Of a stretch of 64,000 nucleotides of DNA, positions 18,012 to 28,647 are shown in pieces. Position numbers and translations under genes: made by a program. Origin of the DNA: Actinomycetes bacterium (GTDB lineage Bacteria; Actinomycetota; Actinomycetes; JAHEKZ01); contig JAJAYZ010000044.1 of the NCBI GenBank assembly GCA_027118455.1, positions 164 to 64,163 on the forward strand, in the 5' to 3' direction. Below the pieces are notes generated by a model. The model searched no databases. It was not told the origin of the DNA and worked only from the letters and a program-made list of their open reading frames with translations. Every line of letters begins with the position of its first letter. Position 1 is the stretch's first letter.

Positions 18012-19214
18012 TTACTTGGGTGGCTTGACCCAGATCAGCGAGTTCGGCACCGGCCGCTGGTAGAGGGAGTCTGGGTCGTCGACGCGATCCCAGTCACCGT
18101 CAGCGCGACGCACCATTGCGGTTGTGGACCCGCCACCATCGAGTTCGTCGGCCTCGACGAAACCTAGTGCAATCGCGACGTTGGCCTCTTGGGCCAGACC
18201 CAGTCCGCCGATCCGATAGCCATTGCTGTCGTAGCCGGTTCCGGGCAGCGAGAGGGTCATCCAGTTGCCGTCTTTGTCCCAACCGACCGTTGTCCTCGGC
18301 CGCTGTTGGTACCACAAACCCTCGCAGGGCAGGTCAACCTGGCCGGCATCGACCAGCGAGACACCCCGGCCGATGGCTTCTTTGAGGACAACCCCAGTCG
18401 TGGTGTCCTGCCTGACGGCAATGAGTGCTGAGCTCCCGATATTTGCGCGCTTGACCACGGCGGCGAACTTGGTGCCGAATGCGACGATCTTGGTGTGCGG
18501 CTGAACGGTCTTGCCGGTTTTGTTGCCGGTACGGACGGCGATGATCTTGCCCTTGTTGACCACCCACTCGACGACTCCCGCGGGGCGCTTGGCGTCCCTG
18601 ACATCGGTCCACGCCGGGCTGTAGATGGCCACTCCGGCGTCTCCGAGCACATGCCAGTTCATGCTGTCGACGTTGAAGACCTTCTTGCCGTGGGCGACGG
18701 TCCCGGTGATGCCGACCTCGCCGTTGAACGGCGAGCCATTTTTGTCGATGCCGATGACCCGAGTGCGCTCAGTTCCCATCCGGACCGGCTTGCCCTTGGT
18801 CACGGATGCGTTGCGGGGAAGGTAGACAGTCTGGTTGTCGATCCGGTAGCCGTAGAAGAAGTCACCGTTGACCGCTGCAATGCCGCGCTTGCCTTTTGGG
18901 CTCTCCAGCTGTGCTCGGAGGTCTCCGAGTGCGCCCAGCTTCTTGGTCACCAGCCGGGGCTGAGCCCTCGGGGGCATCACCATGCGGTGCACCTCGGCGC
19001 TCTGCGAGCGGGGCTGATTGTTGGTTGTCCAGTTCACCTTGACGTTGTACTCGTTGCGCTCGACGCCGTTCCCGTAGGTCACGCTGTTGACGCGGTCGAC
19101 GGTCACCCGCATCGTGCAGGGCGCTGAGACGGCTGCGTCCGATGGCACCCCGAGAAGGGCCCCAGCTCCCACGACCATGGCGGTCGGCACCCCGACCACT
19201 CGGGCCCATCTCAT
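18012..19214 (-). CDS. secreted phosphodiester glycosidase family protein (DUF2233/NAGPA-like)
   Basis: Signal peptide MRWARVVGVPTAMVVGAGALLGVPSDAAVSA. C-terminal ...DELDGGGSTTAMV... is typical of the family. The other 385 codons of the 785-aa track ORF are antisense to the next gene and were rejected. Confidence 0.7.
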   Translation of the reverse strand: MRWARVVGVPTAMVVGAGALLGVPSDAAVSAPCTMRVTVDRVNSVTYGNGVERNEYNVKVNWTTNNQPRSQSAEVHRMVMPPRAQPRLVTKKLGALGDLRAQLESPKGKRGIAAVNGDFFYGYRIDNQTVYLPRNASVTKGKPVRMGTERTRVIGIDKNGSPFNGEVGITGTVAHGKKVFNVDSMNWHVLGDAGVAIYSPAWTDVRDAKRPAGVVEWVVNKGKIIAVRTGNKTGKTVQPHTKIVAFGTKFAAVVKRANIGSSALIAVRQDTTTGVVLKEAIGRGVSLVDAGQVDLPCEGLWYQQRPRTTVGWDKDGNWMTLSLPGTGYDSNGYRIGGLGLAQEANVAIALGFVEADELDGGGSTTAMVRRADGDWDRVDDPDSLYQRPVPNSLIWVKPPK

Positions 19215-19421
19215 GTTGCGCGCCACGACTAGCTCCCCAAACCCCGAATACGATGTATGGACCCTGGAGGGGGTCCATACAGAGGTATCGGCCCGGGGTG
19301 GGGCACGGCTGGTAGCCCGTTTGGGTGACCACCAACCCGGCGACCGCAGACCTGAGGCATCGCGTCGGCCGAACCACGCCACCACTTGCCCTGGGAACGG
19401 CGTCCAGACAAGATGCCCACC

Positions 19422-21062
19422 ATGTCTTCTGCACCGGTCGCTGACCTGCTCCTCACTGGCCTGGACGTCTACTGCAACGACGAATCGCGGTCCTGGGCTC
19501 GTGAGATCGCCATCAAGGACGGGCTGATTCTGGCGCTCGGTGCAGCAGATGGTGATCTGTCGGACTTGCGGGGTGCGTCGACCGAGGTGCTGTCCATGCC
19601 GGGGCGGCTCGCTGTTCCTGGTTTTCAGGACGCCCACATCCACAGTCCATTCGCCGGCCGAAACCGGTTGCGGGTCTGGCTCAACGACGTCATCGGGCGT
19701 GAGGCGTACCTGGCGACGATCGCCGAGTACGCGCGCAAGAACCCCGACGAGCCATGGATTGTCGGCGGGGGTTGGGCGATGGAGTGTTTCCCCGGCGGTT
19801 TGCCGCGCAAGGAGGACCTCGACGCGATCGTTGCCGATCGCCCCGTCTTCTTGTTCAACAAGGACGTTCACGGCGCCTGGGTCAACTCCGTGGCTCTCGA
19901 ACGGGCCGGGATCTCCAAGGACACGCCAGATCCGTCCGACGGCCGGATCGAGCGCGATGCCGACACTGGCGAACCGACCGGCATGCTCCACGAAGGCTCG
20001 GCGTACACCTTCAACGACACGATGGTGCCGCTGCCGTCCCGCCAAGAGTGGGAGGCGGCGATCCTGAACGCTCAGAAGCATCTGCACGCTCTCGGCATCA
20101 CGGCGTGGCAGGACGCATGGGTCACGCCAGGCACGCATGACGCCTACCGCTCGCTGGCAGCGGACGGACGCCTCACAGCGCGTGTTGTTGGGGCACTTTG
20201 GTGGGACCGGCACCAGGGTCTGGAGCAGATCCCGCAGTTCCTCGCGCAACGAGAGAACGGTGTCGTCGGAAACTACAACGCCACCAGCGTCAAGATCATG
20301 ACCGATGGTGTGCTGGAGAACCACACCGGCGCGCTCCTTGAGCCGTACTGCGACGGCTGTGGCGGTCACACCGACAATCGCGGCCTGTCGTACGTCGAGC
20401 GAGATCTACTCGCGGCTGCCGTCACCGAGCTCGACCGGCTGGGATTTCAGGTGCACATGCACGCGATCGGTGACCGGGCGGTGCGCAACGCTCTCGACGC
20501 CGTTGCCGCGGCGAGAGCCGCTAACGGGATGACAGACCACCGGCACCACATAGCCCACGTCCAAATCGTGCATCCGGACGACATCTCACGGTTCGCCGAG
20601 CTCGGTGCCATCGCGAACTGCCAGCCCTTGTGGGCCCAGAGCGATACCCAGATGGACGAGCTCACGGTTCCCTTCCTGGGCAAGGAGCGAGTCGAGATGC
20701 AATACCCCTTTGGGGCGATGCTTCGCTCAGGCGCCCGCCTCGCCGGTGGCAGCGACTGGTCGGTGACCTCGGCCAATCCGCTCGAAGAGATCGATGTCAT
20801 GGTCAACAGGCGCAGCCCGGCTCAGCCGGACGCGCCGGCCTTCCTGCCGGAGGAGCGAGTGCCCCTGGCGGAGGCGCTGGCTGCATTCACCTCGGGCACG
20901 GCCTACGTCAACCACGACGAGGCCAGTGGGCACCTTGCGCCAGGCATGCGGGCAGATTTGGCCGTGCTGGATCGCAACATCTTTGGTGGGACAGGGGGGA
21001 CCATCGCTGACGCATCGGTTGACCTGACCGTTGCGTCAGGAAACGTGGTCTACCAGCACTGA
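19422..21062 (+). CDS. amidohydrolase-3 family metal-dependent hydrolase
   Basis: PGFQDAHIHSP (HxH), HMHAIGDRA, HHIAHVQ and GSDWSV are typical Amidohydro_3 metal ligands. Start taken at ATG 19422. Confidence 0.85.
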   Translation: MSSAPVADLLLTGLDVYCNDESRSWAREIAIKDGLILALGAADGDLSDLRGASTEVLSMPGRLAVPGFQDAHIHSPFAGRNRLRVWLNDVIGREAYLATIAEYARKNPDEPWIVGGGWAMECFPGGLPRKEDLDAIVADRPVFLFNKDVHGAWVNSVALERAGISKDTPDPSDGRIERDADTGEPTGMLHEGSAYTFNDTMVPLPSRQEWEAAILNAQKHLHALGITAWQDAWVTPGTHDAYRSLAADGRLTARVVGALWWDRHQGLEQIPQFLAQRENGVVGNYNATSVKIMTDGVLENHTGALLEPYCDGCGGHTDNRGLSYVERDLLAAAVTELDRLGFQVHMHAIGDRAVRNALDAVAAARAANGMTDHRHHIAHVQIVHPDDISRFAELGAIANCQPLWAQSDTQMDELTVPFLGKERVEMQYPFGAMLRSGARLAGGSDWSVTSANPLEEIDVMVNRRSPAQPDAPAFLPEERVPLAEALAAFTSGTAYVNHDEASGHLAPGMRADLAVLDRNIFGGTGGTIADASVDLTVASGNVVYQH

Positions 21063-21204
21063 CGGCAGAGAGTGACGCCCAGGTCACGAGTTGGTCGCAA
21101 TCTCGCTCATTCAGGCCGAGAGTCTGTTTAGATGCGCCCATCACACGGTTGACTGTGAGTCGCCCGCGAGGGCTCCCGCACGGCTCGAGGAGAGGTAACG
21201 AGGA

Positions 21205-22362
21205 GTGACAGACACCGTCAGCCCCGGTGGGGAAACCGGATCCGTTGAGCTCATTGACGTGGTCAAGATGTTCGGTGACTTCACTGCTGTCGACTCGATC
21301 AATCTTCAGGTCCAGCCGGGCGAGTTCATCTCGCTTCTTGGTCCCAGCGGCTGCGGCAAGACCACCACCCTGCGGATGCTGGCAGGCTTCGAGGAGCCGA
21401 CGGCCGGCGAGATGCGGATCTCGGGGCAACCGATTGCGGGAACCCCTCCGCACAAGCGCGACGTCAACACCGTCTTCCAGGCGTATGCGCTCTTCCCGCA
21501 CATGACCGTGGCTGAGAATGTCGCCTATGGCCTGCGCCAAAGGGGAACAGGCAAGGCTGAGATGGGGCAGAAGGTCGCTGAGGCCCTCGACATGGTCAAG
21601 ATGCGACCCCTTGCCGAGCGCAAACCCAAGCAGCTCTCCGGTGGCCAGCAGCAGCGGGTGGCCCTTGCCCGCGCCTTGGTCAACCGGCCGAGCCTCCTGC
21701 TGCTCGATGAGCCGCTCGGTGCGCTGGACCGCAAACTGCGCGAGGAGATGCAGATCGAGCTGAAGCTGTTGCAGTCGCAGCTCGGCATCACGTTCATCTT
21801 CGTCACCCACGACCAGGAGGAAGCCCTGTCGATGAGCGACCGGATCGCGGTGATGCTTGACGGGCGCATCGAGCAGTTGGGCGACCCTTACACCATCTAC
21901 GAGCACCCGTCGTCCGCTTTCGTCGCAGGCTTCATCGGGCAGCAGAACTTCTTCAACGGCAAGGCTGCCGGGGGTGGCCGGGCTGTGTCGGCGGAAGGGT
22001 GCACGCTGATCTCAAGTCGAGACACCACTGGGCTTTCCGATGGCAGCGAAGCTCTGGCCGCAGTACGGCCCGAGGCGATCACGGTCACCGACACCGACCC
22101 AGGTGGCCAGCAGAACGTGATCCGCGGCGAGCTCGCAGGGATCTCTCATCTCGGCGACGTCATCCAGTTCGTCGTGAGTGCTGGCGAAGGTCGGGAGATC
22201 CTCTCCAGGGTTCCCAGAACCAGCGCGCCGCGGCTGGACACCGGGCAGACGGTGTGGTGCTCGTGGAATGCCGACCACACCTACCTCTTCACCGCCGAAC
22301 AGGCCGAACTCGTCATGGCCGACCCGGCGTCCGACAAGGCAGAAGTGCTAGCCGGCAACTGA
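21205..22362 (+). CDS. potA: polyamine-type ABC transporter ATP-binding protein
   Basis: GPSGCGKTT (Walker A), [15 protein letters not shown] (signature), LLLLDEPL (Walker B), and a C-terminal TOBE-like domain. GTG start at 21205. Confidence 0.9.
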   Translation: MTDTVSPGGETGSVELIDVVKMFGDFTAVDSINLQVQPGEFISLLGPSGCGKTTTLRMLAGFEEPTAGEMRISGQPIAGTPPHKRDVNTVFQAYALFPHMTVAENVAYGLRQRGTGKAEMGQKVAEALDMVKMRPLAERKPKQLSGGQQQRVALARALVNRPSLLLLDEPLGALDRKLREEMQIELKLLQSQLGITFIFVTHDQEEALSMSDRIAVMLDGRIEQLGDPYTIYEHPSSAFVAGFIGQQNFFNGKAAGGGRAVSAEGCTLISSRDTTGLSDGSEALAAVRPEAITVTDTDPGGQQNVIRGELAGISHLGDVIQFVVSAGEGREILSRVPRTSAPRLDTGQTVWCSWNADHTYLFTAEQAELVMADPASDKAEVLAGN

Positions 22363-22389
22363 GCCGGGACGAGTGAGAAAAGGGAAACA

Positions 22390-23565
22390 ATGACCGACAG
22401 CAACGAACCAATCAAGATCCTCGCCCCGCCAGCGGCCGTCGACCGCATCTCCCGACGCCTTTTCATGGGCGGTGCTGCTGGGGCGGCGGTTGCAGGGTCT
22501 GCACTGTTGAGCGCTTGTGGCGAAGACGCTGCCACTGACACGAGCGCGACCCCGGCCGGCGAGATCGAAGACGCCCTCAACATGTTCACCTGGGGTGAGT
22601 ACAACAGCCCCAAGGTGATCAAGGCGTTCGAGACCGAGAACAACCTCGACTTCACCCTCGACTCGTACAACTCCAACGAGCAGCTGATAGCCAAGCTGAG
22701 TGCGGCCAAGGGGACGGCCGGCTACGACATCATTGTTCCAACCGGTCCGTTCATCCCAGCCCTCGTGGAGAACGAGCTCGTCCAAGAGCTTGACCTCTCT
22801 CGACTGAAGAACTTCGGCAATCTCGAAGAGCAGTACAAAAACCAGGAGTGGGACCCGGGCAACAAATACTCGATCTGCAAAGACTGGGGAACTACCGGGT
22901 ACGCCTACGACACCACCAAGATCGACGTGGAAATGTCCGACTGGCAGGACTTCCTCGATGTTGCGATGAACCAGGCGAGCGGTAACGTCTCGATCCTCGA
23001 CAGCCCCGACAACGTCGTAGGGCTCTGGCTCTGGGCCAACGACATCAACTGGATGACCGAGGAAACCGCGCAGCTTGATCAGTGCGAAGAGTTCCTGCTC
23101 AACGAGCTGGCACCACACGTCAAGGCGTTTGTCTCCTACCCTGGTGGCGGAGACATGCAGAATGGCAACTTTGCGCTCGTACACGCCTGGAATGGAGACG
23201 CCCGCCAGGGAATCTTGGGCGTGGACAACCCTGATCAGTGGAAGTGGGTCTTCCCGGGCCCACGTTCCGAGATCTGGATGGACGCCTACGCGATCCCGGT
23301 AGGCGCGCCACATCCCAACGCTGCCTACGCTTGGATGGACCACTTGCTTCTTCCCGAGGTATCACTCCAGGAGCTCGAGTACATCGGCTACAACACCGGT
23401 GTGAAGGACATCGAGCCGCTCGCCAAGGATGCTGGCATCGAGCGTCTCGACATGGTCTTCTTCACCGACGAGCAGGTTGCTTCGATGGAAACGGGCGTGC
23501 TCAACAGCGCCCAGGATCGTCGGGTCGAGATCTACAACAAGTTCAAGTCGGCGGCCGGCAGCTGA
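22390..23565 (+). CDS. potD: polyamine-type ABC substrate-binding lipoprotein
   Basis: SRRLFMGG Tat-like motif plus lipobox LLSACGED. Paralogous to 3859..5136. Confidence 0.85.
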   Translation: MTDSNEPIKILAPPAAVDRISRRLFMGGAAGAAVAGSALLSACGEDAATDTSATPAGEIEDALNMFTWGEYNSPKVIKAFETENNLDFTLDSYNSNEQLIAKLSAAKGTAGYDIIVPTGPFIPALVENELVQELDLSRLKNFGNLEEQYKNQEWDPGNKYSICKDWGTTGYAYDTTKIDVEMSDWQDFLDVAMNQASGNVSILDSPDNVVGLWLWANDINWMTEETAQLDQCEEFLLNELAPHVKAFVSYPGGGDMQNGNFALVHAWNGDARQGILGVDNPDQWKWVFPGPRSEIWMDAYAIPVGAPHPNAAYAWMDHLLLPEVSLQELEYIGYNTGVKDIEPLAKDAGIERLDMVFFTDEQVASMETGVLNSAQDRRVEIYNKFKSAAGS

Positions 23566-23572
23566 TCGCCAG

Positions 23573-24553
23573 ATGACCACGGATACGGTGGGGACCGCCG
23601 ACACAGGTGCGGCGGCTCCGAAGGCTTCCAGCCCGGTGCGGAACAAGCGGCGCCGAGGTGCGCCGAAGTTTCTGCTCGCGCTGCCGGCGTGGACGTGGTT
23701 CATCCTCTTCTTTGCGCTGCCGGTCGGCCTGGTCCTGCTCTACAGCCTGGGTGAGCAGGTCAGCGCCTTCGTCCAGAAGCCGGACGTCAGCCCCGACGTC
23801 TGGTCGCTGGACAACTTCGACAAGGCCATTGAGCCCGAGTACATGCCGGTCTTCTGGCGGACGCTGAAGATCTCCATAATAGGCACGTTCATCTGCCTGT
23901 TGATCTCTGTGCCGTTCGCCTACTGGCTCGCGACCAAGGTTGACCCGCGTTGGCGTGGCTTGCTGCTTGGGTTGGTGTTGGTGCCGTTTTGGACCAACTT
24001 CCTGGTTCGCACGATCGGGTGGCAGTTGATTCTCAGCCCGAACGGCTTGGTGTCAGACGGACTTCAGAAGGTGGGTCTGCGGGATGACCCGCTCGCCCTG
24101 CTGTACACGCAGACCGGGGTTCAAATTGGGGTCGTCTACAACTACTTGCCCCTGATGATCTTGCCACTTTACGTGGCGTTCGACCGCACCGAACCGGCGC
24201 TGCGCGAAGCGAGCAAAGACCTTGGTGCCAGCAGGGTCAAGACGTTCTTCCAGGTGACGATGCCGCTGGCCATGCCAGGTGCGATCGCAGGGATGCTGTT
24301 GGTCTTCATTCCCTTGATGGGCGACTACATCACTCCGGTTCTGCTGGGAGGAGCCAAGGGAAACATGGCGGGGTCTCTGGTTGCCGGGCAGTTCCTTGAG
24401 ACGTTCAACTGGTCGCAGGGCGCAGCGATGGCTGTGATCATGATCGCCTTCATCCTTGCGGCGCTCATTGTCGCTGCGCTGCTCGGGCTGCTGCTCAGGG
24501 CTGGTCTGCGGGCTAACCGACGAATCACGCTGCCGCAAGCGACGCGATCGTGA
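23573..24553 (+). CDS. potB: ABC transporter permease
   Basis: Start at ATG 23573 (MTTDTVGTAD...). Six TM segments and EAA-like motif EASKDLGASRVKTFFQVTMP. Confidence 0.85.
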   Translation: MTTDTVGTADTGAAAPKASSPVRNKRRRGAPKFLLALPAWTWFILFFALPVGLVLLYSLGEQVSAFVQKPDVSPDVWSLDNFDKAIEPEYMPVFWRTLKISIIGTFICLLISVPFAYWLATKVDPRWRGLLLGLVLVPFWTNFLVRTIGWQLILSPNGLVSDGLQKVGLRDDPLALLYTQTGVQIGVVYNYLPLMILPLYVAFDRTEPALREASKDLGASRVKTFFQVTMPLAMPGAIAGMLLVFIPLMGDYITPVLLGGAKGNMAGSLVAGQFLETFNWSQGAAMAVIMIAFILAALIVAALLGLLLRAGLRANRRITLPQATRS

Positions 24554-25419
24554 GCACTGTGAGTGCAGTTAACAAGCCGAAGTTCGACTGGGTGAAGCTT
24601 GCTTTCAGCGCATGGGGTGTCGTTGTCTTCATCTTCCTCTTCATGCCAATCGCCTGGATCGTGGTCTACTCGTTCAACACCGGTCGGATTCTGACCGACT
24701 GGAACGGGTTCGGCCTCGACGGGTACAAGTCGTTCTTTCAGAATGCTGCTCCTCGGGATGCCGTCATGGTCTCGCTTGGCGTAGCAGCGCTCTCTGCACT
24801 GGTGGCGACGGCCCTCGGTTCTTTCGCGGGCGTTGCGCTGGCGAGGAGACCGGGAAAGTGGTCAGGGGCGTTCCTGGTCCTGGTTGCGCTCGTCCTGGTG
24901 ACGCCAGAGATCGTCGACGCCATCGCACTTCTCCCTTGGTACGTGCTGCTGGGGCAGGACCTGAACATCACCGCCTTCAACAGTGGCTGGGTGCGACTCA
25001 TTGTCAGCCACGCGGTGTTCAGCACGGCAGTTGTCACGCTGATCGTACGGGCACGATTAGCGGGTATGGATGAGTCGCTCGAAGAGGCCGCAGGAGACCT
25101 TTATGCGACGCCGACGAAGCGCTTTACCCAGATCACCTTGCCGTTGATGCTTCCCGCGGTCCTTGCCGGTGGTCTGCTGGCCTTCACCCTGAGCTTGGAC
25201 AATACGGTCATCTCATCCTTTGTCTCTGTCCAGGGAGTGACGCCATGGCCCGTGTACGTATTCGCATCGGTCAAAGCATCCCTGCGTCCTGAGATCGCTT
25301 CAATCTCGACGCTGATGTTCCTCCTCACGATCTTGGTGATCGGGCTGGTGGCTGTCGTACTGCGGCGCGGAGGAGACTCGTCCTCCGGCATTGCCGCAAC
25401 CATGACCGGAACAGGTTGA
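24550..25419 (+). CDS. potC: ABC transporter permease
   Basis: GTG 24550 overlaps the potB stop. EAA-like motif EAAGDLYATPTKRFTQITLP. Confidence 0.85.
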   Translation: MSTVSAVNKPKFDWVKLAFSAWGVVVFIFLFMPIAWIVVYSFNTGRILTDWNGFGLDGYKSFFQNAAPRDAVMVSLGVAALSALVATALGSFAGVALARRPGKWSGAFLVLVALVLVTPEIVDAIALLPWYVLLGQDLNITAFNSGWVRLIVSHAVFSTAVVTLIVRARLAGMDESLEEAAGDLYATPTKRFTQITLPLMLPAVLAGGLLAFTLSLDNTVISSFVSVQGVTPWPVYVFASVKASLRPEIASISTLMFLLTILVIGLVAVVLRRGGDSSSGIAATMTGTG

Positions 25420-25422
25420 ACC

Positions 25423-27099
25423 TCAGATGAAGTAGAGCCGGCTCAAGCTGACCGACTCGACCGGCTCGGCCTGAAGCTCGACGCCGTCGAACGTCACCCG
25501 ATCGCCACGTACATCGACCTCGGTCTTGCCGATGGTGTCGTTGCCGACCATCTGGGCGAGGCCAATGCCTCGGCAGTTGCGAACCGGAAGCGGCCGGCGT
25601 CGCAGGCCAAGGCTGTCGACATCGCACCCTTGGCTGACGAAGGCGAGCGAAAGATCTGCGGCGGTGGCGCCATGTCCACCGAACTGGGGGCCGAAGACCA
25701 GGGGCTCGGAGCGGTCGACGGTGGCGTTCGGATCGCCGGTCAGCCCCCAGGCCGGGAAGCCGGCTTTGAGGACGAGATTGGGTTTGGCTCCGAACCACGC
25801 CGGCTCCCAGAGGACGATGTCGGCCAGTTTCCCGATCTCCAACGAGCCGAGCTCTTGTGAGAAGCCGTGAGCGATCGCCGGGTTGATCGTGAGCTTGGCC
25901 AGGTAACGGAGGACTCGCGCGTTGTCGGCGTGACCATCGTCGCTGCCATCGAGTGGGCCACGCGCCCGCTTGTTCTGGGCAGCCATGGCGAACGTGCGCT
26001 TCACTGTCTCACCGGCGCGTCCCATGCCCTGGGCGTCCGACGACGTGATCGGGATGACTCCGAGGTCGTGCAGCACGTTCTCGGCGGCCATCGTTGCCCC
26101 ACGGATGCGGTCGGACGCCATCTGGATGTCGCCGGGAAGGTCGGGCTTGAGTCCGTGGCTGGCGATGATCATGTCGAGGTGCTCGTGGATGGCATCTCGC
26201 CCGTAAGGGAGGGTCGGGTTTGTTGACGACCCGATCACGTTCGCCACCCCCGCGAGCTGCAGCACGTTAGGGACGTGTCCGCCGCCGCAGCCCTCGACGT
26301 GGAAGGCGTGGATCGTACGCCCGTCAAGAACGCTGAGCGTGTCGGCGACGGAGAGACTCTCGTTCAGGCCATCGGTATGCAAAGCGACCTGCACGTCGTA
26401 CTCCTCGGCCACCCGGAGCGCGGTGTCCAAGGCACGCGCGTGGGCGCCGGTGTCTTCGTGCACCTTGAAGCCGCAGACGCCACCCTGTTCGAGCGCTTCG
26501 CGCAGGGGAGCGTCGCCGGAGGACGAGCCACGACCGAGGAACCCGATGTTGACCGGCCACTCGTCGAATGCGGCGAAGGCCTTGCGCAGCCCCCAGGGAG
26601 AGTTGACTCCGACGCCCCATACCGGGCCGAACTCCTGGCCCAAGATCGTGGTGACGCCTGAGGAGAGCGCGGCTTCGATGATCCGCGGCGACATGAGATG
26701 CACGTGGGTGTCGATGGCACCGGGCGTGGCAATCAGTCCCTCGCCACTGATGACGGCTGTGCTGTTTCCGACAACGACGTCCACACCGTCGAGAGTGTGC
26801 GGGTTTCCGGCTCGACCGATGCCGCTGATCCGCCCCTCACGGATGCCGATCGAGACCTTGCGGATGCCGAGTACCGGGTCGAGCATCAAGACGTTGGACA
26901 CGACGACGTCACAGGACTGTGACGTCGGGACGGCCTGCAGGTGGATCCCATCGCGCGCAGTTTTACCAAACCCCATCAGGAACTCGTCGCCGTGCTTCTG
27001 CGAGTCGCTCTCCACCTCGACGATCAGGCCAGTGTCACCGAGCTGGACCCGGTCTCCGGTTGTCGCACCGTAGACAGCGATGTATTCGTGCGACTTCAT
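25423..27099 (-). CDS. ureC: urease alpha subunit
   Basis: Ni-site residues are all present: AIDTHVHL, GFKVHEDTGA (carbamylated Lys), QVALHTDG, IHAFHVEGCGGGH, SSDAQGMGR. Confidence 0.92.
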   Translation of the reverse strand: MKSHEYIAVYGATTGDRVQLGDTGLIVEVESDSQKHGDEFLMGFGKTARDGIHLQAVPTSQSCDVVVSNVLMLDPVLGIRKVSIGIREGRISGIGRAGNPHTLDGVDVVVGNSTAVISGEGLIATPGAIDTHVHLMSPRIIEAALSSGVTTILGQEFGPVWGVGVNSPWGLRKAFAAFDEWPVNIGFLGRGSSSGDAPLREALEQGGVCGFKVHEDTGAHARALDTALRVAEEYDVQVALHTDGLNESLSVADTLSVLDGRTIHAFHVEGCGGGHVPNVLQLAGVANVIGSSTNPTLPYGRDAIHEHLDMIIASHGLKPDLPGDIQMASDRIRGATMAAENVLHDLGVIPITSSDAQGMGRAGETVKRTFAMAAQNKRARGPLDGSDDGHADNARVLRYLAKLTINPAIAHGFSQELGSLEIGKLADIVLWEPAWFGAKPNLVLKAGFPAWGLTGDPNATVDRSEPLVFGPQFGGHGATAADLSLAFVSQGCDVDSLGLRRRPLPVRNCRGIGLAQMVGNDTIGKTEVDVRGDRVTFDGVELQAEPVESVSLSRLYFI

Positions 27100-27803
27100 G
27101 TTAGGTCTCCCGACGTGGTGACGCCGGTATCGAGGTAGCCGGTGGCGCGCGCCTTGGCCAGGGCTGACTCCTTGGCGCCGGGTGCGTCGAGTGGGCCGTC
27201 GACGAGCCCGGCGAAGCCGATGATGACCCGCTCCCCGCCGATGGGGGCAAGACCGATGGTGACCGTCTCTTGGGGATCGAAGCGGATCGCTTCACCGGCG
27301 TCGATTGCCAGGCGCATACCGTAGGCGGCGCCGCGGTCGAAGTCCAGTCGCGGGTTGGACTCGAAGAAGTGGAAGTGCGAGGTGACGCTGATCGGGACGT
27401 CGGAGGTGTTCCGCACAGCAAGCTCGATCGTCGCCGCGGTGGCGGCCTGGACGTCCTCGTGGGCTGGGTGCACCGATCCTGGGACGGAGTCACCGTGAGC
27501 CGGGCCGAGCGGTTCGGGGACGACCACGAGCCGACTTCCGTCGTCGAAGACGGCTTCGACCCACACCTGGGGGACCAGGGCGGCTACACCTAGCAGGACG
27601 TCGTCAGGTTCGAGGACGTTACAGGCCGCGTCGACGGCGTCTCGCAGCCTGCTTCCATCGCGAGCTGCCTCGATGACAGTGTCAGCGATGATTGCGGTGG
27701 CCTCGGGGGCGTTGAGCTGAAGGCCTCTGGCCTTCCTGGCGCGGGCGAGCTCGGCGGCGGTGAAGAGAAGGAGGCGGTCCCGCTCAGTTGGGGTCAGGCG
27801 CAT
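27096..27803 (-). CDS. ureAB: fused urease gamma-beta subunit
   Basis: N-terminal gamma part (MRLTPTERDRLLLFTAAELARARKARGLQLNAPEA...) followed by the beta part (...NTSDVPISVTSHFHFFESNPRLDFDR...). Its stop overlaps the ureC start (ATGA type). Confidence 0.9.
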   Translation of the reverse strand: MRLTPTERDRLLLFTAAELARARKARGLQLNAPEATAIIADTVIEAARDGSRLRDAVDAACNVLEPDDVLLGVAALVPQVWVEAVFDDGSRLVVVPEPLGPAHGDSVPGSVHPAHEDVQAATAATIELAVRNTSDVPISVTSHFHFFESNPRLDFDRGAAYGMRLAIDAGEAIRFDPQETVTIGLAPIGGERVIIGFAGLVDGPLDAPGAKESALAKARATGYLDTGVTTSGDLT

Positions 27804-27874
27804 ACCCCGATCCAACACCTTTGAGGTAACTTTCACAGGCTATGGGTGTCACGAAAGACGCCGGTGGCGTTTTT

Positions 27875-27951
27875 GGGGCGGTAGCTCAGTCGGTCAGAGC
27901 AGCGGACTCATAATCCGTCGGTCGTGGGTTCGAGCCCCACCCGCCCCACCA
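27875..27951 (+). tRNA. tRNA-Met (anticodon CAT), elongator type, CCA encoded
   Basis: Hand-folded cloverleaf: acceptor GGGGCGG/CCGCCCC, D arm GCTC-AGTCGGTCA-GAGC, anticodon arm GCGGA-CTCATAA-TCCGT, T arm GTGGG-TTCGAGC-CCCAC, then ACCA. It lacks initiator hallmarks. It could be tRNA-Ile2 if lysidinylated. Confidence 0.9.
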
Positions 27952-27992
27952 ATCTGGTGGATGGGCCGGCCACGCCCCTATCCGCGTAGTCG

Positions 27993-28396
27993 TTAGTGTT
28001 TGCGCGCAAACCTGACTGGCTCCCAGAACCGTTGGCTCGACAACTCGCGCGTCTGCCCGCACCCGGCGTCGTCAACGATGGTTCCATCACGGAGGCGCTT
28101 CGCGACAACGGCGTAGAACCTGTGTCGCTTATACACGAAGTTGTCTTCGATGTATGGGCCTTGCGGCGGTGCTTGTCGCCACCTTTTCCGGGCTCCAGGT
28201 CCATGATGTCGACGACCTTTGCCAGAATCAGCGTGTCCAACGGACGCTTCCCCGTCTTGTTCTTCTGGATCATCTCCCGAAGGGACAGGGCGTTTACGTC
28301 ACCAGCGCAAGCAGCGCCTGCGTCGCCTGCTGGAAGAAGGATCAAGGCCGATAGCAGGCCCGTCACGATGGCGCTGGCCATCAAGCGTCTTGGCAC
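27993..28396 (-). pseudogene. small secreted protein, apparently frameshifted; family not recognised
   Basis: 5' part: (M)PRRLMASAIVTGLLSALILLPAGDAGAACAGDVNALSLREMIQKNKTGKRPLDTLILAKVVDIMDLEPGKGGDK. From about 28165 the GC3 signal and protein-like sequence move to another frame: PPQGPYIEDNFVYKRHRFYAVVAKRLRDGTIVDDAGCGQTRELSSQRFWEPVRFARKH* (TAA 27993-5). The track frame instead runs antisense through the tRNA. Confidence 0.4.
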
Positions 28397-28458
28397 GCCG
28401 CAATTATCGGGGCGAAGCCACAGGCGGCTGGGTCCAGACAAGAGTCTTCATTTTTCGT

Positions 28459-28647
28459 TCACGTGGCCGTGATGGCCGTGCGCACACGCTGAAGATGTTC
28501 CGGCTTGATGCCGCATCTACTGAGCATCTGCCGAAGGGATCTGCAGCAGACCCCTTCCCACTGCGAGGAGGACTGCCGCCTGATCTCGACAACCATCGGC
28601 ACCGCACGCTCCCGAAGCTCATCGGGGTACTTGCCCGGACGTCCCAT
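28459..28647 (-). mobile_element. relic of an IS3-family transposase OrfA (HTH N-terminus only)
   Basis: MGRPGKYPDELRERAVPMVVEIR... matches the conserved IS3/IS911 OrfA start (MGRPSKYPxExRERAVRMV). The sequence degenerates after about 30 aa and stops at 62 aa. No OrfB/DDE gene or inverted repeats were seen. Confidence 0.6.

Noticed and set aside
19215-20369. N-terminal 385 codons of the 785-aa ORF 18012..20369.
   Set aside because: A signal peptide with its own ATG occurs at 19214. The extension is antisense to the well-supported amidohydrolase gene (19422..21062) and has no family signal.
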